64,000 nucleotides of DNA from NCBI GenBank assembly GCA_036172245.1, contig JAYWIR010000025.1:2418001-2482000 (forward strand), given 5' to 3'. The DNA is from Raillietiella orientalis. Lineage: Eukaryota. The position numbers were made by a program, and so were the translations under genes. This document shows positions 23,801 through 34,400 of the stretch, one piece after another. The notes beneath the pieces were generated by a model, which was given only the letters and a program-made list of their open reading frames with translations, was not told where the DNA came from and did not search any database. Each line of letters starts with the position of its first letter. Positions within the stretch are counted from its first letter, which is position 1.

Positions 23801-25399
23801 GTAAGGAAACGTTAAACGTTTGGTTGCTCACTTTAATGTACTTTAGGAAAATTCTTGGAGCAAATCAACTGTTCCCATCAGCGAAACATCCGTTTCTTTA
23901 GTTTCTACAAAAATTTCGCCTAGAAGAAGTCTTCCTATTCAGTCATGGAGACATGAAAACGTATCTCCAAAGAAGCCAATGAGGCATTCTTGCAGTTATC
24001 AAACAAACACTACTACCTCCATGCGAAAAAGAAATCGTGCGGCCATGAAGCATTCCAAAATTGAAAGGAAGAAATCTAAAAAAAACAAAATGTTGATTCC
24101 TCCAAGCCCCGTGAACAATGAAGTTTCTCTGAGATGTGATGGCAATACAACTCCAGATAGAAAGGAATTAGCTTCACAAGATGGATTGGTCACTCCTCCT
24201 TTACAGTTATATTTCAAAAAGTCTCCAAGCTTTCATGAAGAGTTGAGTTCATCAGGTGTATCGAATTCTATAAAGGAGCTTACTGGCGCAGCAGAGAATG
24301 AAACTAAGGAAAATACATGTGCAGTTGGAGTAGTAAGCTTATCTATTAAGCTTGATGATCCAGTTTCAACAGAGAACAAACATAAACGCAAAAATTCCCA
24401 TCCCCAAAAGTGTAAAGAAAAACAGCCTAAAGTGCATATAAAGGTGAAAAAGTTGAAATCTAGATCTCGAGAAAAGCGTTTGATTTGTAAGGTAAGGCAT
24501 AATTCAAAGAACAATAAAGTGTTGACCAACTTGATTGATAAATCACAATCAATGGACCTTACAATGGACCATCCTTTATCCACTAATGAAGACGTGCTGG
24601 CATCTGCAAAAATAGATGCTTCACCTATTACAGTTCCCAAGTCCCCTTTATCCAGCGTTAAGGATTTGACTAGCCCTGCTAGTGATTCAGAAGTTTTCGT
24701 ATTGCCTGCAAAAGTATCTCCAAGCATCCTGAAAAGATGCCGAATGTCAAAAGGCATTCCTGAAGGGATATCTCCTAAGGTAGGTTACTTTGATGTTACG
24801 TTCACTGTACTTGTATGTCTCAGAGACGCCAGGTGCATTTTGCTGAGCCTGTTGTATCTGCCAGGGTGGAAATTCCATCTGTGCGTCGTTGCTTACCCCT
24901 GAGTTTTCCACTACGCAAGATCAAACCAGAATCATCAGCCTCTCCTCTTCCTGCTGAACTTGCTCCCATGTATCCATCCTTAGCTAACTGTGCAGATCCT
25001 GTGGATGCCATTGTATGCCGGCTGACAGGGAATGTTTGGTCTGGTGGTATACTTCAGCTTCTACATTCCCAAAGTGTTTACACTGTGGGTGACCTGTGTT
25101 CCCTCCCTGAAAATCGGGTCCATGACTTGTTGATGACGCCTCTCCACAAAGTACACTCAGTATTGGACCAGTATTTACTCGAGTGTCATAAAGATACGGT
25201 TACGGACTGGCCATCTGCTGTCACGAATAGTGAAACAGTGAATTCTGATGTGACTCCCTCTCCCCCAGAATTAACTCAAGATTCATTAGATCTTTTGTTA
25301 GCAGCTATTCCTCGACCCATGTTAGTTGCTTCCATTATTGACAATAAGGCCATTTTATCAGATGTCCTTTATGCTCATGCATTTAAGCTGAAAACGTAG
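18011..25399 (+). CDS. Rif1: Telomere-associated/replication-timing protein Rif1 (whole spliced CDS, about 1537 aa)
   Basis: Exons 18011-19608, 21990-22212, 22263-22361, 22405-22998, 23048-23488, 23651-23800, 23847-24779, 24824-25399 join in frame with GT-AG introns (4614 nt). Rif1 motifs: AWSSLVDNFAL...KRIKLLLAPL, EVNQGDSVEYDFS, LWCDLYRAF, LTEHQKE...DIPALYSDLSQD, PP1-docking SILK and RQVHF, C-terminal YPSLANC...TVGDLCSL. The start codon is the least certain part. Confidence 0.93.
20819..20866. repeat. Poly(T) tract of about 48 nt in Rif1 intron 1
   Basis: Direct reading. Confidence 0.95.
21990..22212 (+). CDS. Rif1: Rif1 coding exon 2
   Basis: Acceptor tttttttag|G, donor GAA|GTGAGG; restores the frame with exon 1. 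Confidence 0.85.
22263..22361 (+). CDS. Rif1: Rif1 coding exon 3 (missed by the ORF track)
   Basis: tttag|GTC...CAG|GTATT; encodes VNQGDSVEYDFSCIYDTLLFPI, the conserved Rif1 EVNQGD block. Confidence 0.88.
22405..22998 (+). CDS. Rif1: Rif1 coding exon 4
   Basis: ttttgcag|GGC...AGA|GTAGGT; LWCDLYRAF and KPLGNL motifs. Confidence 0.87.
23048..23488 (+). CDS. Rif1: Rif1 coding exon 5
   Basis: aacag|TTA...CAG|GTAAT; end of HEAT region (LLESLTPLL). Confidence 0.82.
23651..23800 (+). CDS. Rif1: Rif1 coding exon 6
   Basis: ttttag|GAT...GAT|GTAAGG; DFVKI...LTEHQKEKLESRAEDIPALYSDLSQD conserved motif. Confidence 0.88.
23847..24779 (+). CDS. Rif1: Rif1 coding exon 7 (disordered region plus SILK motif)
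   Basis: ctttag|GAA...AAG|GTAGGT; S/K-rich with SP sites; SPSILK. Confidence 0.87.
24824..25399 (+). CDS. Rif1: Rif1 coding exon 8 (RVxF motif and C-terminal domain)
   Basis: tctcag|AGA CGC CAG GTG CAT TTT (RRQVHF); stop TAG at 25397-25399. Confidence 0.9.
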   Translation, partial: RRQVHFAEPVVSARVEIPSVRRCLPLSFPLRKIKPESSASPLPAELAPMYPSLANCADPVDAIVCRLTGNVWSGGILQLLHSQSVYTVGDLCSLPENRVHDLLMTPLHKVHSVLDQYLLECHKDTVTDWPSAVTNSETVNSDVTPSPPELTQDSLDLLLAAIPRPMLVASIIDNKAILSDVLYAHAFKLKT

Positions 25400-25441
25400 T
25401 TCGCCTGGGAGCTACATTCATTTAGTGACCGATATGAAAAT

Positions 25442-25447
25442 AATAAA
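25442..25447 (+). promoter_or_regulatory. Probable Rif1 polyadenylation signal AATAAA
   Basis: AATAAA about 43 nt after the Rif1 stop, followed by T-rich sequence. Confidence 0.6.
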
Positions 25448-25528
25448 GCGATTTTTAATCTTTTAAAATTTCTTTTCAAGTATGAAATAGCATCAATTAA
25501 CAGTTCATGATTAACAGTTCATTCTTTG

Positions 25529-26521
25529 TCATGATTTTTTATTATAATTTGCATGACTATATTTATGGGCATCAAACTGAGACATTGGCCTTAACTCTAC
25601 TGAATATGCACTGTCACTATAATAAGGTTGCCCTCGAATGTTTTCATGTTTATCCTGAAGCAGCCTTTGGCTTACAGGTCTGAGTTCTTTTGCCTTCTGG
25701 ACGTTGTTTTGGGCGGCAAAGTCTCCATTCACTGGATTTATGGAAGTTTTACTCAAACTAGATTCAGCCGAATCCTCACCAGATGTACCGAGTCCCAAGT
25801 CTTTATCAAGTGGTTCAGATTTTTCATCCCACGAATTTGTCATTTCTTCATCCCTCATGATTGAATTCGGTCCGTCATAAGCAAAGTACAGCTTGCCTTG
25901 ATTTGCATGCGGCGTGTTATAATATGGCATATCGATATTTATGACACTAATTGGTGACCGGTACGTTTGCATATCAGGCCGATAGATAGTTGGCACCGAT
26001 GTCTTTTCATTATTCTCTTTCTTTCTTTTTGAGCACCATGCAGGCCCAACTAAGGATAGTAAAACGGGAAGTAAAAACAAGCCGTGTATGGCTCCAAAAA
26101 AGATCACTAAAAAAATTACTTTGAAAAACGTTATAAAAATGTATGAAGGAGTAAACGGTAGGGCAATGATGGCAAGTATGGTTGAAATTGAACCTTGGGT
26201 GATGGGTAAACCAAGGTTGTACAATGATTCCCGAACTTTCACGTTAGGGTCTTTCGATGGATTTGACATAAATGAATAGCTTATGTGGGCAGAAAAATCA
26301 ACGGAAAATCCAATGCACATAATTAGGTTGATCATTGAAATGGAATCCAGATTCACATTCCAGAGTGCCATGTATCCCATGACTCCGATCTCAATGGAGA
26401 TGATCGAAAATGCAATCCAAAGACAACAAAACGGATTTGGGATGAATATTAGGGCGACCACCATCATGATTATGGCCGCTATTGCAATAGATTGGATGGT
26501 TGTTGATCTGACTAGCACAAA
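25529..26521 (-). CDS. Ptr: Ptr coding exon 8 (TM8-12 and cytoplasmic tail)
   Basis: tttttag|TTT; GFSVDFSAHISY, HGLFLLPVLLS, DKDLGLGTSGEDS; stop TGA. Confidence 0.92.
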   Translation of the reverse strand, partial: FVLVRSTTIQSIAIAAIIMMVVALIFIPNPFCCLWIAFSIISIEIGVMGYMALWNVNLDSISMINLIMCIGFSVDFSAHISYSFMSNPSKDPNVKVRESLYNLGLPITQGSISTILAIIALPFTPSYIFITFFKVIFLVIFFGAIHGLFLLPVLLSLVGPAWCSKRKKENNEKTSVPTIYRPDMQTYRSPISVINIDMPYYNTPHANQGKLYFAYDGPNSIMRDEEMTNSWDEKSEPLDKDLGLGTSGEDSAESSLSKTSINPVNGDFAAQNNVQKAKELRPVSQRLLQDKHENIRGQPYYSDSAYSVELRPMSQFDAHKYSHANYNKKS

Positions 26522-28402
26522 CTAAAAACATTCCCAACTAATAAAAGGGGCAAACAATAGAAATGCCATACTTGATCAAAAAAGATGAAAAAGGGATGAG
26601 ACACTGTGACATCCAGGGAAGAATTATCGCTGATCTCTCTCAGCGTCTCCATTATGATTCTGTCGTCATTTAGAGATGTTTTGTTTATAATCTGGATGAT
26701 GTATCTGGTTGCTATTATCTTTGTCAAATTCTCATTGAAATGTAAATCCAATCCTACGCCATATTTGTACTTGGGCACGAATTTCTGAAATGAAATGAAA
26801 CAACTGATCGATACGTTGTTGGTGCTGACTCTAATTCAACTAATCATAGATTCAACACCATTCTCTGCTGCATTCTACTGGATGGATGGAAACCCAGCAG
26901 TCTGACATCACAAAGGAGCAATAGCAACTTGCACTCTGCAAGACTTCCGGTAATCCCGAAACCGATTAAGGGGAAAAAAGTACATTCATCCATTAGAGAT
27001 TATCGTATTCGTTAGTACGAAAACGTCCACATCAACGTTCTTCCACAACTTGCGTCCACACCTCTTAATGATGAACCCTTCGGGGTCAAACGACTGAGCA
27101 GTCAATAATTGAATAGGGTAAATAAGGTAAATCAAATCAGTAGGTAGACAGTATAGAGTAATATTGCATGCTACGTAGAAAGTCCACAATGGCAAACAGG
27201 AGGCAATGTTCAGTGGCAAGCTTCTCGAAGGTGCTCACAACTTACTCAGCTACACTCTGTTAGTTATTCCAGACAATAATTCAGTAAAAGATTTAGTTCA
27301 GGTGTTCTCTCCACGAACTCCTGTAGATTGCTTAAAGGGACAATCATTTTCTGGATGTTGATGTGGTCTTTTTCCGGGGTTTCCCTGCAATATCACTGCC
27401 ATGAAGTTTCATTTCCTAAAGTGAAAGGTACACGACGATGTCGAAAACAGCAGAAGCGCGGCATCCTCAGTGGCGCGAAAGGATTTTCGGTGTGGTTCTT
27501 CGATTCCAGTGCCACGCGCTCGCTTTCATCCTCCCCACAGTCAGTATTTGTTATTCAAGACACTCTTTTGTTCTTCCAGAGGATGCGAGCAGCAGCCAGG
27601 GTTTGTCGACTAGGCAGGATTTATGGATCAATGTGACGTGCCAACTCAAATACCCTAAAGCCAGCCAGCATCCCATTCTCAGCGTCTTGAGCCGTGCTGC
27701 CTCTTCTGAGAAATACCTTGTGCTTTCGCTGAATATGCCAGAGTTCTTGGAGAACAGCAACAGCACGCATTTGCTTGATCACGCTGTTACCAAGGAAGGT
27801 TCGTTCGGCAACCCAAACTTTACAGAAGATACTACACAGTCCACTTCTGAGAGTGGAATGCTTCGTTGTTTTTCAACGGATTCTCACAGACTGTATTATC
27901 CGTTTCTGTTTATGTGCAGCTGGCAGAAGTGTACTTTGAAGATTCAGTTCGATGGACAACCGAGGATTCAAAGGTCCCCATTTTCACCTACTACCTACCT
28001 GTGTGCGTCATTATCGCTGTCACAAAGTTCCATAGTCACCTGACGTTATAGCATCGATGATATACGTGAATGAATGACCGGAAAAACTAAACACAGATTC
28101 CTTCGTGTTTGAGCACGCTTGCAGAACGCCATGGATGCTTGTCGGACGCATACCGAGACACCCTCTTCCTCCCGACTTCTCAACTCACCCTCCAAAGTTT
28201 CTGCCTTTCAAACTTCCTCGGATATTTTCGAAAGCAATCTGCACATCACCGATTTTGCTTGGAGTTGTCCCGCACTCTAAACTCTCCAAGATGGGGTGTG
28301 AGATTTACTCATCACCCTAATTCTCTTCGCAATTTTCAGACCGTAATGGGCGAAATTATCGATCTTGCTTTTCGATAGTATATTACGATAAAATGCGAAA
28401 GC

Positions 28403-28444
<42 letters not shown>

Positions 28445-31400
28445 CTGTGAGCTCGTCTCGGTTTCCAAAAGAGAGGCAGCGGCATAGAGTAATTTCTCAC
28501 ACATGGTTGCTATGCTTTTTCCTCCTCCCCCAGCTTTCAAACCCCCAGCCTTCCACTCGATGTTACTACTTTTTAGGGTCGAGAAAATTTTTCAAAACCT
28601 TCCAAACCAACCACGGGGGGCCTTCTTGTCACGACGGTCCACATGTTCGCCGAAGAAATGTGTTGCAGGCTACAATTTTATGCGCAACGAATGCAATTTC
28701 CTTGCATTTCAGATCAACGATTGCCAGCTCTTTTCTAATTTTCATTTTTTCCCCAGGTCAGGTGAACGCTCGCGGTTTCCGGCGATCCGACTGTCTGTTG
28801 TCTCACTCAAATCACATTTAGCACTCGGATGCGCTCAAAGGGATGCGGACCAAAGTAGGAAAATAAATTTCTGTCATCCAGTAACGTTCACGAAGCATTA
28901 TGAGGCAGAAAGGCTAGAAATTCAAGTGAAACCCTGGTAATCAAGGGTTCTCAAGAACATCAAATTTTCCAAGATTTCAAAAGGTGAGGTTGCAAAAGCA
29001 GTTTCGAAAGCGTCTCGAAGGCTTTGGAGAAAAAGAAAAAAAACAGAACAAAAGCAAACGAACATAAAGGCTCCGGTACCCAGGTTCTCCATGGTGATCT
29101 TAAACGCTTTATTCGGCAAGCGGGGAAATATATTTATTGGGTCACGTTAAAATCTCGTTGTTCTGTTGTCCCACACTTTCCGGCTCTTCAGGGAAGGCCT
29201 GGAGAGCCGTTGTTATCCAGAGTGTAACACGAACATTGGCGGTCGCTGTGAGGGCTAGCACGGGCCTCCCCGACTGCCGAATAATGCAGCAGTTCCGAAA
29301 AGCACGGTTCGCTCACTGAGCAGTGGACGGAGTACGAACGTGGACGGCAAAGATTTTCTGCACGTCCAAACGGAAAGATCGACTATCCGCTCCTTCCGAA
29401 AATCAGCTCGACAAAGCGGTGGCAACTGTGTCCTTCTGTCAAGTGAAGAGAGGCGGTGCTGCTGGTGGCACGGTGCGTTTCGCTACTCCCATGAGGGGAC
29501 GGTGCGACGTGCGCACCAGCTCCGCCGTGCCCTCGGGGACCATGCAGATGACTGCTCCGCCCGGGGAACGGGTGACCGAAACCGCGAAGAGGCGTTCTCT
29601 ACAATCCGATCGCGCCGAACCGGGAAGCGCTTTCTGCTCCGAGAGGGAGGGGGGAACTGGCAGGTGGCGTTTACTGCGGATGGAGGTGCTATCGACATAG
29701 CGTGCTGCGCGACGAAGGGAGAGGCTCCCCGCCAACGGAAAGGTCAGCAGCACCTGCGAGCTAAGAGGATCTCTGCCCTGCGTTTTTGCTGAACCGGTGC
29801 AGAAGAGTTCGTCCGTCCCTCGGCCGAACGAGGCTCAGGCGGAAAGCTTCACCGGAGTCCCTGCGTAGATGCTGATGCCGCAGTGGGGGAGGGATCGGTT
29901 TCTCGCCAGTCGGGATCGGCGGGTGGACGACGCTGCCCCACCACACCCAACCTCACTTACTTCCTTGAGATCCTTGATCAGCTCCTCTTCAGACGTGTAC
30001 GTCTTGTTGGTGATTTCCTTTTTCCTCCTCTTGAACTTATCGAAGGTTCGGATCCAGGACTCCGTCGCTATCCCCTTTTCCACGTGGTGGTAGCTCTCGA
30101 ACGCTTCCAGCAGCTCGTTTATCCTGAGGATGGTTTGCGGATCGGAGTACTTGAGATCGCCAGTGATTATGATCTGCGGACGGCAAGAGCGCCGAGATGA
30201 GAAAGGCGCCATCACCGAGCCGAGCGTTTCGCTGCGCTCCTACGCTCGGGAGGGGAGGAGAGGAGGGAAGATCTTTTACCTGGACCCTGTACGGGTAGCG
30301 ACTAAAGTATTTGTCCTCCCAGTCGTAGTAGACGGCCGAGTAGGAATCGTAGCGGGACAGCTTCCTCCTCTCCAAGCCTTCTTCGATCCGAGTGAGTCCC
30401 CAGCACGCGAAGACCAGGTACGCCAGGAAGACGGTCAGGACGAACGCCTTCATGGCGGGCAAGTTCAGGATTTTCCCGACCGTGTCTCCGAAGAACTTCA
30501 TGATGCAGTGCTCGCGGTTGTCGACTGGGTTGTATGGATCTCTTTCGGATATGCCGCCGGAGCAAAAGAAGCGGTACCAAGGGTTTCGGCTTCCTGCAAG
30601 ACAACGCAGCCATCAGCAAGAGGAAAGAGGAGCTGCTGCGAGACGGGGGAGGAGGACCAGGGGAATCGGTTGAGGCGGGAAGAGGAGGAAAAGGAACTGG
30701 AAACGCAGCTTCCGGACCGGTTTGGGGGAAGGCGAGACGCGTACCTGCTTCCGACAGGGCGATGGTCTTCTTCAGCGTGATGGAGTGCAGGTTCTTCTTC
30801 TCCCTGTAGCCGCTTAGCGCCATGCAGGCGCCAAAGAAGGTAATGTGACATATGTACGTGAAGATGACTGCAGTTCCTGGAGGAGCAGAAGATGAGGAGG
30901 GCGGAAGCACGAGGGTCTGGGAAACGGCAAGCCAGTCGGGGTTGCGGACTACCTCGAAGGGAAGAGGGTCGCATTCTCGTCCCGCCGAGTCCTCTCGGAT
31001 GAGATCCCCCTCCCCCCCCCCCCTTCTTCCCCAGGAAGGGCAACCTGGCTGCTCGCTCGTTCCGCCCGCTGCTGCCGCAGCACGCGGGCGCCCGTCGCCT
31101 ACCATGGCTACGAGTGAAGGAAATTCCCACCATCCTCCCTCTGGACTTTCGCCCCTCTTCCTAACCTCTCTTCCCTTCTTTTTTCGTCTTTGGCGCGCAC
31201 GCTTTTTGACCACCGTTCCCGAACATGCCGGCAGCTATTCCGGGCTGCGTGGCACTCTTGCTGCGTCGGGGGACCCATAGTCCGCATTTGACAAGATGCC
31301 TCCTGCCGGGCTTCCTCAACTTCATCGCCAGCTACTTCGGAGGGGTGGGAATGCGTGAGAAGGAAAACCTCAGCAGGGAAAAGCGGTCGAGAAAGGGGAG

Positions 31401-34400
31401 GGGGCAGAGGAGGTGACTCCTCCATTTTTCTTTCTCTCTCCCTCTCTCCTGCCACGGCGGCAAGCGCGACTCCGAACGCCTTCCCGACCTCCGACGGAGC
31501 GGTGGGTCCGGAAAGGCCCGGCAACTCCTCAGGGGCCGTGTCCTTTGCGTGTGCGCGCGCCTGACCGCTCCCTCCTCCCACCTTTTGGCAGCGCCCCGAG
31601 GGGATACAGGAGAGAGCCCGCATCCCCGGCACTCTCCATGCATTGCTGGGCGAGTGACTCGCGAGAGAGACCTCGTTTCTTCCGTGACCCTAGAGCAGGA
31701 GGGGATGCCCGTGCGTCGTCCTCGGCGCCCCTCGGAACGGGCCTAAGCCGCCAATTGGCAGGGTCCGAGCTCACCGTTCCAGGGGGGCCTGACTCGCTTG
31801 GTTTCCGGGCGAGAGGAAGGGACTCTCAGAAGGCGAGCCGCGAGCGAAATAAAGGGCGCTACTCTCAGGTCCCCTCGACGAGATGAGCTCTCTCTGGCGC
31901 GTCTCGTCGGAAGTTCCTGAAACGAACGTGCAAAATCGTGTTGGGCCCAGCGAGAGGGAGGTCCGGAAGGCATCTTTCCCCCCTCCCCCTTCCCGATCCT
32001 CCTCCCGGTTGTACCTGTGTAGAACGAGAAGATCTGAACCGAAGGGAACGGCGTGATGGCGCCGACCCAGAAGCTGAGCACGTCCGTGATCGTGGTGATC
32101 GTTATGGAGACCGCAGCTTCGGAGAACGTCTTCCCCAGCCTCTTGCTGACCGGATCCTGGATCTTCGTCCTCCTCCACGCGGCGATCATGACGAAGGTGT
32201 CGTCGATCCCGATTCCTAGAGAGAACCCAATGAGGAAGGAGGGGGAACAAGAGGGAGAGGCACGCTTTCCTCCCCCCCCCCCCTCTGGAGTCCTTTCATT
32301 CAGCGCGACCCTCGCCCCAAGCGCACATTGGCTCCAGCCGGGGGCCTGGAGTCCTGAGCAGTGGTGCAGCCTTCTATGCTGCTCCTCTTTTTCTCCCTTC
32401 CTCGGAAGGACAGAAAGTCGGCGAAAGGGGGAGGAGGAGAAAAGAGGACGGCTCATCGGGCAGACCGGGAGTCATGGAAGTCAATTGAGGGCGAGGGGGG
32501 GTTAGGGAGAGTGCCACGCTCCTGTTCGGGTGAGATGGGAGCACTGGCATTCCTATGTGGGCATCAGGAAGCTCCTGTAGCCCCCCCTCCCCTCTATGAA
32601 GACCGCAGGGACCCTCCTGCAGCCGACACCGGGAGTGGAGACCTACGCGGCCCAATACCGGGAGGTGGACGAACTAGGAAAAGCAGGATGGGGAATTCTC
32701 CCCCTCCCTCGAAGGATTCCTCTGAGAAGTGTGGAGCACGGAGAGGAGGATGCTGGAACGAAACCGGTGAGAGGGAAGGGGAGCTCGGGAAGGGAGGGAG
32801 GGTCGGGACTATCCCGGAAGCAGGCCACGAGCAAAACATCGTGGAGTCAGAGAAACCGACCCCACGAGGTCGGGCTCGGGAAAGACCCCCCTTTCGGTGA
32901 GCGGGATAGAGGGAGTTTCCTTCCGTTCCTCCTCCCCGCTTATCCTCCGCAAGCGTCTCTGGAATCGCCCCGCCTTCCTTCACGAAGAATTCGGAGTCCC
33001 GAGGTGCTCCGAGGGCTGCAGCGCGCGTGATCAATCGAAGGAGGCTCGGGACACCCTGAATGGACGAGCAGGATCGGTAGCGGCAGTGCACTATCACGGT
33101 CTGGCGGCCATGATGTGGTCGACCTCACACTATTCCTCTGCGGTCTCTTTCGGTCGCAGCTCCGCTGTGGTCACAACAGCGACTCCGCTCAAGGTTTCTG
33201 CCATTCCTGGGCCGCCCCAGGGTCTCTCTACGAGGGGACCTGGAGGCGGAGAGCGGCGCGCTTTCCGGAGGAAGACACACCTCCCCCCGTCCTTCCCCCC
33301 GCCCCCGTGACGTCACTAGCCTGGATGGACGCTTCCAGCTCTCGCGCTCCGTCGCCTGAAGCGGCTCGGCATCTGGATAGCTTCAGACTCCGACCCAGGC
33401 GCCCTCGAAGTCATCAACAACCTTGGAAAAAGGGCAATTCCTCCCTTTGCCTTTGGGGCATCTCCCGAAGCGAAGACCGCGTCTCTTTCCTTCTGGATCA
33501 AGGTCTTTCCGTTCCAGGAGCCCATCGCCGTGTCCCAGCCACCCCAACTCCACACCCCCACCCCGCTCACTTCCTTGAGGGAGGAATAGGCGGAAGGCAT
33601 GCGCAAGACGGAGGTCGCTCCTTCCTCCCGACCCCCTTTACCCTTCTTCTCTGGTGACCTCGAACCAGTCGGCACTCCCCTCCTCCATTCTTCTGCGTGT
33701 CGCTCCGGCGTCCCTTTCCGTCCAGGAAGGAAATCTCCTCCGAATGTCTAGAGCTACGGGTGACGCTCCCCCCCGCGCTGCGCACCAGGGACAGGATGCT
33801 GCTCCTCCTCCCCGCTCCTAAAAAGTTTTTCTAAAGACGGAGGGAAGGTTGACGCGCGCCTCCCTCCGGCCGCCCTCTTCCGTGTCCCTGGAACCGCTGT
33901 CCGCTTCTCCCGATGCTCATCCTCGACCCAAAGCGATAGGTCCTGAGGCACGCATCTTCCGGTGCTTCTGGCACGGTGGAGCGCCGTCCCAAGTCAAGGA
34001 GCCAATCGTTTGCGACTCTCCCCCCCTCTTATCCTTTTCTTTCGAAGAAATGGCACCGAGAGCTGGCGCACCTGTCGGCCCAAGCACTCATTGGGAGGGG
34101 AGGGGAAGGAGCGGGTCTTCCCAGAAAGGGCTTTTCCAGCTCGCCCTTAATGGGACCGCAGGGCAGGCGTCCTCCTCTCCACGGTCTGCTTCCCCCCCTT
34201 CGCTCAGGCAGTGGCCAGTCGGGAAGGAGGTTCCCAAGGAGAGGGTGCTCCCGGCTGGCAAGCTAGGAGGGGACCCTGGAGGTGGGGGAAGGGACCCTTC
34301 GGCTCTCTGAACCTTTCCCCGTACCGCATGCGGGCGATGATCCGAGGTGGTCTCCGGACAAGAAGGGAGGGGAGAAGGGAGGGGGTGGGGAAAGCGCAGC

